Shown here in pieces: positions 24,349 through 31,963 of a stretch of DNA of 46,529 bases. Under the pieces are notes generated by a model that had not been told where the DNA came from, searched no databases, and was given only the letters and a program-made list of their open reading frames with translations. The stretch is from positions 1 through 46,529 of IMG/VR virus record IMGVR_UViG_3300045988_058853. One strand, given 5' to 3'. Every line of letters starts with the position of its first letter. Position 1 is the first letter of the stretch. Source of the stretch: a virus. Position numbers and translations under genes: made by a program.

Positions 24349-24443
24349 AAGTCAACACTTTTGAATTAAAACTTTAATTTTTAAACTTTCTCTTTAATAG
24401 TTACTAAAAGTAAGTACTATACTTACCAAAAGTAACCATTGAT

Positions 24444-24680
24444 TTAAGTTAATTCTACGTATATCACATCTTCTCTTTCCTCCCCTCTTTCCTCTAATAA
24501 ACACATCACTCTATTACATTTAAACGGAGCATTTGATTTAAGGAAAAAACATTCTCCGCACGAACATTCATTTGACGGGACACACTTCAATAGCTGACAC
24601 TCACCGTCTGTATCTATCAACTCCATTGTTTCACCGACCTCTAAATCTAATGGCAGGCATGATAAATCTAATCTTTTCAT
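24444..24680 (-). CDS. Small Cys4 mini-domain protein (paralog c)
   Basis: LLKCVPSNECSCGECFFLKSNAPFKCNRVMCLL shares C-x-[EK]-C-x-F-x(6-8)-C-x(4)-C with the two upstream genes. Confidence 0.6.
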   Translation of the reverse strand: MKRLDLSCLPLDLEVGETMELIDTDGECQLLKCVPSNECSCGECFFLKSNAPFKCNRVMCLLEERGEEREDVIYVELT

Positions 24681-24895
24681 AACTTTACTTGTTTATAGGT
24701 TTGACACTTTCCCGTAGCCATATCGACACATCGCATAAGCGGGCATATCTTTTTAAACTCCTTTTGCCGGAATAGGCATTCCCTGCATGATATTACATTG
24801 TTACCTTCCATTGCTTGCACTCTGATTGTTTCCCCTGTCACCGGATGATCTATTGTGAAGGTGTCATACAGTTCTACGCTTTTAAATTTTCCCAT
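24677..24895 (-). CDS. Small Cys4 mini-domain protein (paralog b)
   Basis: IRVQAMEGNNVISCRECLFRQKEFKKICPLMRCVD. Confidence 0.6.
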   Translation of the reverse strand: MGKFKSVELYDTFTIDHPVTGETIRVQAMEGNNVISCRECLFRQKEFKKICPLMRCVDMATGKCQTYKQVKL

Positions 24896-25721
24896 CTGAT
24901 ACCATCCTAAATGTTAGTTGTGTTTCATCGTCTATTGTTATGCAACGTACTCCCCAACACAAAAAGCCTAATTCACCACCATAAAAACAGCACTTCTCAC
25001 ATGCTTCCCTATCTTTCGATACCAGTGCTTTCACTTTTCGATCTATCCCCTTATTTGGTACTTCCGCTAAAAATATTTCTCCTTTTTCCGGAACAAACGT
25101 ACCTTTGTCTGATATAGATAATCTACGCATTTTCTTAGATTTAGCCACATACTTTTTAACTAAATCTTTCTGCGCTTCAAGTTCTTTGTTTGTCTTTTCA
25201 TAGTTTAGCTTTAGTTTGTCATTCTCCCGTCTGCACATCTCGTTTTCCTCCGCCAACAATTTTCCGTTTGCTCTCTCAGACTTCAATTCATCTACAATAC
25301 CTCTCACAGAGCTACATTCAACTTCTTTCAGCATTGAGAAAATTTCATCAACTATAAACTTATGATGTCTTTCCGCATTATCTCTTTCTTTTTCAGCTTC
25401 CAATCTCCTTGCCGCTTCTTTCCTCCATTTGTTAAGCAAATAATTGCTTTTCTGTTGTTCCTTCTTATATCTATCACATACATACGAATAGTCCTCTTTC
25501 AGCTTTTCAAGTTCCTGGGAGACTTTCACCTGCTTTCTTTCAGTTCCGGTTATATCGCATACCAGTTTGTGAAAATCGTCACTCTCTGTCAGATACTCCA
25601 AAAGAGCTACTTTCGTTTGGTCTGTCAAACCTGTCTTTGTAGGCGTGGATGATTTACCTACGAATACATCATCTGAATACGTTGTTTCATACATCCATGT
25701 GCTACTTACTTTCTTTTCCAT
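24882..25721 (-). CDS. Coiled-coil protein with a C-terminal Cys4 mini-domain (paralog a)
   Basis: Central heptad-like EKLKEDY...RRLEAEKERDNAERHHK...NDKLKLNYEKTNKELEAQKDLVKK. C-term KVKALVSKDREACEKCCFYGGELGFLCWGVRCIT. Confidence 0.6.
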   Translation of the reverse strand: MEKKVSSTWMYETTYSDDVFVGKSSTPTKTGLTDQTKVALLEYLTESDDFHKLVCDITGTERKQVKVSQELEKLKEDYSYVCDRYKKEQQKSNYLLNKWRKEAARRLEAEKERDNAERHHKFIVDEIFSMLKEVECSSVRGIVDELKSERANGKLLAEENEMCRRENDKLKLNYEKTNKELEAQKDLVKKYVAKSKKMRRLSISDKGTFVPEKGEIFLAEVPNKGIDRKVKALVSKDREACEKCCFYGGELGFLCWGVRCITIDDETQLTFRMVSDGKI

Positions 25722-25725
25722 GTTA

Positions 25726-26481
25726 TTACAATTTTACGTTATTAATTAATTTTAAAAAGTGATCTCTACCTTTTGCAGTTACCAGTGTTTGAGTCCCTGC
25801 CTTTTCACCTTTCGCCCATTCTTTCAACTCCAAATAGTTTCCAACATACTGGGCTATTGGCTTCAACTTTCCTTTCTGATCTCGGTATATGTACTTCTTA
25901 TCAATCAGGAGAAAGATAAGTGCTTTTTCAGACACGCCTAACAGCTTTGCTGTATCTCTGAAATTGGTTAGTCCGTTCCGGTCTACTATTTCATCAAAGT
26001 ATTCGGCTTTGGGCTTCATATCTTTATTCTCTATCTGCAACCGTTCGTTTTCCTCTACCTGTACGAGTAGTTCCTTTAAAGCCTCTTTGTACGTTTGAGG
26101 CAATTTAGGTTGATTGTCCATTAGAGCGTTTTCCAATTTTTCAATATAAGAAATAACTGCTTTACGGACAAACTTACTTTCACGTACTAAAACCTGCTTT
26201 GCTTGTGATAGAGTCAACTCAAACATTGGGTATTCTTGACCGTTCTGAGGGTGTTTATATAGGGTAGGCAGAATTTTCTGCATACCTATTTCCTCGTCAA
26301 ATTCATCTCTAATAACATCTAATAAAGTTTTATGTTTCAATTTAGTTCTGTCACCTTCCTGCTCTCTAAACAAATTGATTTGTTTCAATAACTCCAAAGA
26401 TGTTATTTTCTCCTGCGTACGTTCGCCAACTTTGATTAATTCATTCATTTGTTTTCTTGTTTTTATTATTGCGGGTGACAT
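25726..26481 (-). CDS. KilAC-domain antirepressor (paralog 3 of 5) with a divergent N-domain
   Basis: C-term KPKAEYFDEIVDRNGLTNFRDTAKLLGVSEKALIFLLIDKKYIYRD...LELKEWAKGEKAGTQTLVT is close to the paralog 2 C-term. The track start (26517) is a TTG. ATG at 26481. An alternative ATG at 26448 gives MNELIKVGE, matching the leader of paralogs 1, 2 and 4. Confidence 0.75.
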   Translation of the reverse strand: MSPAIIKTRKQMNELIKVGERTQEKITSLELLKQINLFREQEGDRTKLKHKTLLDVIRDEFDEEIGMQKILPTLYKHPQNGQEYPMFELTLSQAKQVLVRESKFVRKAVISYIEKLENALMDNQPKLPQTYKEALKELLVQVEENERLQIENKDMKPKAEYFDEIVDRNGLTNFRDTAKLLGVSEKALIFLLIDKKYIYRDQKGKLKPIAQYVGNYLELKEWAKGEKAGTQTLVTAKGRDHFLKLINNVKL

Positions 26482-26506
26482 TTCTGCCACCCTGTTAACT
26501 ACTTGA

Positions 26507-26737
26507 TTACTTACCAAAATCTATTACTATGTTAATACAATGTTTGTTGCAGTCAATTGTGAATGGTACATTGTGAACGTTACAAGCATGAAGAATAGCA
26601 TTCGTTAAAACTGTGTTCTCTTTTCCGTAACCGCATGATACTCCTTCATCCGAACATTGTGCACACCCATCACCACCAAGCAATTTATACATTGCATAAA
26701 CACTCTCACAAAATTGTTTTTTAGTCATTGTTGCCAT
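26507..26737 (-). CDS. Small Cys-rich protein (76 aa)
   Basis: First gene after cassette C; GGDGCAQCSDEGVSCGYG...HACNVH...IDCNKHC. Confidence 0.55.
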   Translation of the reverse strand: MATMTKKQFCESVYAMYKLLGGDGCAQCSDEGVSCGYGKENTVLTNAILHACNVHNVPFTIDCNKHCINIVIDFGK

Positions 26738-26846
26738 AATTGTTGTTTTTTAATTGTTACTACTTTGTTTCCTTTTGACATTGCAAATATAAGCATAACT
26801 TTTAAAATGCAAAGCAAAACTTTAATCTTTAACACTTATTTAACAC
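26738..26846 (-). promoter_or_regulatory. Promoter/leader cassette copy C (-7 box TATATTTG = plus 26784..26791)
   Basis: tttttaattgttactactttgtttccttttgacattgcaaatataa (1 mismatch to copy D over 46 nt) and ttaatctttaacacttatttaacacaaaa (29 nt identical to D). Confidence 0.65.
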
Positions 26847-26880
26847 AAAAGGGGATATATACATATATGTATACTCCCCT
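26847..26880 (-). terminator. Rho-independent terminator after the head/neck genes
   Basis: Long bulged stem ggggatatata / tatgtata(c)tcccc. The minus strand continues TTTTG. Confidence 0.6.
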
Positions 26881-26887
26881 TGTCGTA

Positions 26888-27457
26888 TTATGGATAACAC
26901 GCCTCCGGTGCAATCATATCACACACAAAACGTAGGCAGGCATAAGGATAGACGTAGAATTGATTGTCGGTTTTCTCAATACTAAAGCCGTCATACACAT
27001 TCTTTGCGTCATTAAATATCCGCTTAACGTTCAAACCTCCGTATGACAATTCAAGTTCATGCGTTAACGCTCGCAATATGCGTTGTTTGACGAACTCAAC
27101 ATTGTACCCCTCTGCACCGGGAATTGTACGGGTGTCGAACCAGAATATAATACTCACCTCACCCTTCAGATCACCGAAACCAAAGTCCCCATTCCCCTCG
27201 TAGTCCTGCGAGTCATGAATATAGAAAAAGCAGGTGTTGCCGTACTTATCATTTGGCTCTAACCTCAAATAGTCTTTATCCTTGTAATAAACGGACGGAG
27301 TGATGAACTTTCCTTTCTCCGTTCGCTCCACTAACTTATATGCGCTTCCAAACGCATAATTTAGCCATTGTAGCGACTTTACAAGGCTAAACTGTACATT
27401 TCCTATCACTTCATCGAAAAGTACCGCATTCGGCTTTAAAATAGCTCTATCTTTCAT
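26888..27457 (-). CDS. Hypothetical structural (neck/head-tail joining position) protein
   Basis: 189 aa; positional only. Confidence 0.45.
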   Translation of the reverse strand: MKDRAILKPNAVLFDEVIGNVQFSLVKSLQWLNYAFGSAYKLVERTEKGKFITPSVYYKDKDYLRLEPNDKYGNTCFFYIHDSQDYEGNGDFGFGDLKGEVSIIFWFDTRTIPGAEGYNVEFVKQRILRALTHELELSYGGLNVKRIFNDAKNVYDGFSIEKTDNQFYVYPYACLRFVCDMIAPEACYP

Positions 27458-27899
27458 TTAGTATCTCCTTAACTTTTTTTGCTGCTTCATCTTTCACATA
27501 ATCGTTAATAAATTCGGCAAGCGATTCATTAGTTAAACCAAATATCTCGGCACCGTATTTCTTGATTAACCAGTCCGTTTTTTCGTCTGAGGCTTTAATA
27601 TAGAATCTGTCCTCAGCCGTTTCAACGTAAAAAGAGTCGTAAAACTCCCCTGTGTCCTTTAGAGTTACCCGGTCATACGGTTGCCGCTTCTCTATCTTAA
27701 CCTTTATAGTGAAAGGGCTGTACGGTCTATATTCGTCTATCCGGACCCCCAGCCTGTTTACCCCTTTGGCGAATAGCTGATCTTGTGCGTTCATGTCGAT
27801 AAGAATGTTATCGTTATCCCGCACAATTTCCTTTGCTATTCGTCCTGAGTCTAAAGCTTCTTTCACTTTCTTAACTCTATCTAATAAGTTTGTTATCAT
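27447..27899 (-). CDS. Putative head-tail joining protein (HK97 gp10-like pattern)
   Basis: 150 aa; ...DRVTLKDTGEFYDSFYVE... resembles head-tail adaptor/morphogenesis families; memory-based. Confidence 0.4.
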   Translation of the reverse strand: MITNLLDRVKKVKEALDSGRIAKEIVRDNDNILIDMNAQDQLFAKGVNRLGVRIDEYRPYSPFTIKVKIEKRQPYDRVTLKDTGEFYDSFYVETAEDRFYIKASDEKTDWLIKKYGAEIFGLTNESLAEFINDYVKDEAAKKVKEILNER

Positions 27900-29200
27900 G
27901 TCGATTTAAATCTGATACCACCGTTCCGACAAGTCAAGCATATTCTATCCATACCTTTAGTATCTACGCTTAACGCTTTCATTGCTTGGTTCAACTGATG
28001 TCCTATACCCTGCGCACGACCTTGTGATACACCGTCAACCTCGTATAAGATTGATTCTCTATCAATGTTCAATTGATTGGCATTCTGCCGGACGTTCGGA
28101 TTTAAGGCAAGTTCGCGAAGGATATAAGCAGCCATCTGCAAAGAAATAGCATTCGCAAAGACAAGTTTTTCGCTTATGATGAAGTCGGTTATATCACAAG
28201 CAACCGTAAACTGCACATTCATTCCGTAGCATGTTGCAGGTGTATAAACGCTTGATTGAATATTAAACAGATTCTCACCCTGTTTTGAGTCATTCCTGAA
28301 CGGTGATATTTGAATGTACTTTGTTAGCTCTCTCCACGCCTGCACACTTCCAACGTTGCAAGTTCCACACGGCTCTGCGCTAAAGTCTTTTGCCATGTTT
28401 ATTGCAAATACATCGTACGGCAATGATTCTTGATCGTAACACAGATACCATGTACCGCCCGGTGACGTTGCCTCAGAAATATAAGGTAAAAATGCGTCCG
28501 GTACATCAAACCATTGATAAGACCCATTACTCGTATAATTCAAGTCAAACGTGTGTGTGGGCTGAGGCTGTGAGCTGTGAAAAAGATACATCTTAACTTT
28601 CACTGGCTTAGTAAACTGCAAACCGATTCTTTCAATCTTCGTAGTAACACCCATCGCCCGAACTGGCAATATTTCATATCCTACCATGCTCTTTGTAGGG
28701 TCAATTTGGTTAGTGTAGTAGCCCGAACCGTCAAACAGTGGCCTACGCTCTAACAGCGTCTTTGTTTCCCCGGCTATCGTCTTTTCCGTGATAAATTTAG
28801 TGATAGTAGCCGTTATTGCTTTTTCGTTTAGCTCTCTGAGGTAATCGGACAAAGGGTTATATCTCTCCCAGTTTCGACCTCCCTCTGAGGGCTGCTCTCC
28901 GGTTGTTCCGTTTGTGGCTATCCACACCGAAGGTTTTGACAATAGAGGATCACTGTTAAACCTCACCTTGTCACCGACCGCATAAGTCTCTGTATCGCTG
29001 TATTCCGGATACTTCTTATAGTAGTCTAACGGCATTATAGATGATATGTTTTCAAGCGTCACAAGTGGGTGAACGTCTTGATAAGAAATACCGCTTTCAG
29101 ACGTTGTTAGTTCGGTGTCTATCTGATTGTCTAAATCGTACGACTGCCTCCAACCTACTACGTTTTTTAAGCTATCTTTTATGTCTTTTATTCTATACAT
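27896..29200 (-). CDS. Hypothetical virion-module protein (434 aa)
   Basis: Follows the major capsid gene and its terminator; function not recognisable. Confidence 0.5.
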   Translation of the reverse strand: MYRIKDIKDSLKNVVGWRQSYDLDNQIDTELTTSESGISYQDVHPLVTLENISSIMPLDYYKKYPEYSDTETYAVGDKVRFNSDPLLSKPSVWIATNGTTGEQPSEGGRNWERYNPLSDYLRELNEKAITATITKFITEKTIAGETKTLLERRPLFDGSGYYTNQIDPTKSMVGYEILPVRAMGVTTKIERIGLQFTKPVKVKMYLFHSSQPQPTHTFDLNYTSNGSYQWFDVPDAFLPYISEATSPGGTWYLCYDQESLPYDVFAINMAKDFSAEPCGTCNVGSVQAWRELTKYIQISPFRNDSKQGENLFNIQSSVYTPATCYGMNVQFTVACDITDFIISEKLVFANAISLQMAAYILRELALNPNVRQNANQLNIDRESILYEVDGVSQGRAQGIGHQLNQAMKALSVDTKGMDRICLTCRNGGIRFKST

Positions 29201-29213
29201 GTTGCTTCAAATT

Positions 29214-29250
29214 AAAAAAGGGAAGGGATATTTCTTTCCCCTCCCTTTTA
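29214..29250 (-). terminator. Strong hairpin/attenuator directly after the major capsid gene
   Basis: AAAAGGGA-A-GGG atatttcttt CCC-C-TCCCTTTT, flanked by A/T runs on both sides. Confidence 0.65.
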
Positions 29251-29277
29251 ATTAAACTTTAATTTACTATATAACTA

Positions 29278-30594
29278 CTATCCCCCAACTGTTTTCGTTG
29301 GAACTGGTTCGCTATCTGCGTTTTTAACCTCTACATTAAGATTTGATGCTTGAGAGTTAACCTTTACATCAACTACACCACCAGTAGATGAAACTGCCAC
29401 ACCCTTAACCTTATCTAAATCTACCTTTAAAGCCGATTCTCCAACTGCACTGCCTCCAATTTTAGCAAGGTTAACAGATATTTCACCTGTAGCAGCCCCG
29501 CCACCGATTTGATCGGCATTAGTGATATAAACGGGTGTACCTCCGAACTGAGAACCGTCCTTCTTAATTTCAACCTTCATAATCGGGTTGGAAACAGTTT
29601 CCGGCGCAGAGTTGTAAGCTACAACGAAAGCAATATCAACGGAGAAACCGTAGTGCTCTTTGATGTTACATTTCATGTCAGCAGTTGCTGCGCCTGCTAT
29701 AGCGGACTGATCACCTACCGACTCGTAGTAATGTGTACCAACTTGGAAACCTGCAAACGGGAAGTTGATAACGTCCCATTCGTGACCTGCTTTAGAGGTT
29801 GCTCGTCTGAGGGCCTCACGGTCAACACGTGTCAACATACCAACATTACCACTTTCAATTGCGTAGAATTGAGCGAAGTTTTCACTTTCCAAAACCATGT
29901 TATTTGTAAAGTGGAAAATCTTATTTGCATATTCCAGTTGCTTGTTAACATCGTTGTAGATTCCGTGTTGTTCCAACTTCCGAACAATAGCGTCTACACC
30001 TGTATCACCTACGATATGAAGTTGACCGGAATAGTCCATAGAACGGAACATCGGGTGCAAATCTCCGAGGATGTCGTTGCGCTGCATGTAGTTAACCTGT
30101 ACGTCATTCGCTGTCTGCGTGTAGTAAAGCAAATTACCGAATTTCTGCGTTTTAGCCGCTTCCAATGCTGCGATAGCGTCCTTGTCGACTTGGTCTAAGA
30201 ATTTACGAGAAAACTTAAGCATTTTCTTTTCAAAATCTTTCTGATAGTCGATTTCGTTGTTGTTAAACATAGTCGGAACCATCGTAAAACCGAAAGCGTA
30301 TGTTTTCCATACAACAGCCATCAGTTTAGAGGTGTTCTCAGCGTCCGCAATGACGCATGTACGTTCGTTTGCAACGGTGACAGTCCCGTCATAATCAATC
30401 ACCGGAATCTTGATGTCTGTCCCCATAGACGAGAAAGCACGTCTTTTAGTTTCATCCGTCAACATCGAATCCGGAGCATTCGTCTGAGAAAGGAAAAAGT
30501 CAAGCGCACCCCATTCGGTGAGGCGGCTCATGTTTTTGTCAACTTGCGGATTTCTCAACCGCATTTCTTGAGTGCGTGTCGCAATTAAGCTCAT
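29278..30594 (-). CDS. Major capsid protein (putative) with a Gly/Val-rich repetitive C-terminal extension
   Basis: 438 aa, directly after the scaffold-like gene and followed by a strong hairpin. C-term GGGAATGEISVNLAKIGGSAVGESALKVDLDKVKGVAVSSTGGVVDVKVNSQ. Confidence 0.6.
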   Translation of the reverse strand: MSLIATRTQEMRLRNPQVDKNMSRLTEWGALDFFLSQTNAPDSMLTDETKRRAFSSMGTDIKIPVIDYDGTVTVANERTCVIADAENTSKLMAVVWKTYAFGFTMVPTMFNNNEIDYQKDFEKKMLKFSRKFLDQVDKDAIAALEAAKTQKFGNLLYYTQTANDVQVNYMQRNDILGDLHPMFRSMDYSGQLHIVGDTGVDAIVRKLEQHGIYNDVNKQLEYANKIFHFTNNMVLESENFAQFYAIESGNVGMLTRVDREALRRATSKAGHEWDVINFPFAGFQVGTHYYESVGDQSAIAGAATADMKCNIKEHYGFSVDIAFVVAYNSAPETVSNPIMKVEIKKDGSQFGGTPVYITNADQIGGGAATGEISVNLAKIGGSAVGESALKVDLDKVKGVAVSSTGGVVDVKVNSQASNLNVEVKNADSEPVPTKTVGG

Positions 30595-30644
30595 AATAAT
30601 CTGTTTTTAAAGTTTATAATGTGGGGATTGCTCCCCCTTTTGTT

Positions 30645-31562
30645 TTACTGTAACGGCAAGTTCTGAATATCGTTTTCTTGCCAAATTGTATTAAGTTCTG
30701 TTTGATACTCTTCCGAACCAACTGTCAGACCTTTTCCGGCGAGGTATTTATGCGCAACTTCCTGTGCTTCTACCTTTGTCTTACAGCCTGTCAGATCAAT
30801 TGCCGTTGGCGTTACTTTTCCGCCTCCTTTGCCACCTGCACCTCCCACGGTTCTACCTTCGTCAAGAACACCAAACGGTTTCAGTTTCTCTGTAAGCAGT
30901 TCAGATACAGAGTAAGGATTTAGACCGTTTGCCGGATTATTGTAAGGCATACCGTCTTTCATAAAGATAACGCTTTCCTTACCGTCTTTCTCGACAATTG
31001 TAGGAGTAAACTCAGTTTTTAGATCGTTAACTGCTTGCTGTTTGATAATATTCAACATAGCGTCATTAACTCCCTTTCCAAACTTCATGCTGCCTAAAGC
31101 CTGTGTAATATGGGAAGTGATCTTATAATCGGATAGCTTGTTTGAGAACTCTTTTTCTTTCTCTGTAAGCTGATTTGTTAGTTCCGAATACTTCGTCTTA
31201 GTATCGTTTAACTCAGCCTGCAAAGCGGCTATTTTCTCGTTATCCTTATCACCTACCTTCTTTGCTTTTTCGGCCTCAAGTTCTGTTTTAAGGTCTGAAA
31301 TAATCTTTTCAAACTTAGCAGAATCGACAGAAGAAAGTTTGTTCTTTCCGAACTCCACAGCATTTTCAAATGTGAGGTCTGTAACATCGTCAATACCGAA
31401 CGCTTGACTCAGTGATAAAGTTGCTTTTGCACGTTCCTCTTTGACTTTCGTCTGAACAACCTGTACCTCGTCATTCTGAGAAAGAGTAGCAATAGCATTC
31501 AACTGTTCATCTGTTAGCTCCGAAAGAGCTTTATTTTGTCTTAGAATATCTACCGTTAACAT
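30645..31562 (-). CDS. Scaffolding protein (putative)
   Basis: 305 aa, helical/coiled-coil, K/E-rich (ELEAEKAKKVGDKDNEKIAALQAELNDTKTKYSELTNQLTEKEKE), upstream of the capsid gene. Confidence 0.55.
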   Translation of the reverse strand: MLTVDILRQNKALSELTDEQLNAIATLSQNDEVQVVQTKVKEERAKATLSLSQAFGIDDVTDLTFENAVEFGKNKLSSVDSAKFEKIISDLKTELEAEKAKKVGDKDNEKIAALQAELNDTKTKYSELTNQLTEKEKEFSNKLSDYKITSHITQALGSMKFGKGVNDAMLNIIKQQAVNDLKTEFTPTIVEKDGKESVIFMKDGMPYNNPANGLNPYSVSELLTEKLKPFGVLDEGRTVGGAGGKGGGKVTPTAIDLTGCKTKVEAQEVAHKYLAGKGLTVGSEEYQTELNTIWQENDIQNLPLQ

Positions 31563-31963
31563 TACTTACCTCCTTTCTTTTCTTCCTTTTTCAACTCAGC
31601 AATAACCTTCTTTCTCTCTTCCTCTCTGATCTGTTCTCTCAGTTCCTCTAAAGCCTGTTCTTGCTTTGCTTTTTTAACCTGTTCTGAATATTCCTGCATA
31701 TCCTTTGCATACTTTCGAGGATCGTGCACAATTCTAATATCGTAGCCTCCTCGACTCAAATACGGGTAAACTATCATTTCAAATGTTAAAGGTCTGTATT
31801 TCTGCAATACTGGTGAAAATACCCTCGCACCAGTATTCGGGTCAAACTGTAACCTTTCTTGAATCACGTGATAGCGACCTTTTTCATTTTCCGGACACAG
31901 ATAATTTTCTGCTGTCACCTTATCAAGCGGATGCTCCGGGTAAAGTGGTCTGTTCATTTGCAT
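31562..31963 (-). CDS. Hypothetical protein with a K/E-rich tail
   Basis: 133 aa; overlaps the portal end by 41 nt; GGAGGTAAGTA before the next ATG. Confidence 0.5.
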   Translation of the reverse strand: MQMNRPLYPEHPLDKVTAENYLCPENEKGRYHVIQERLQFDPNTGARVFSPVLQKYRPLTFEMIVYPYLSRGGYDIRIVHDPRKYAKDMQEYSEQVKKAKQEQALEELREQIREEERKKVIAELKKEEKKGGK

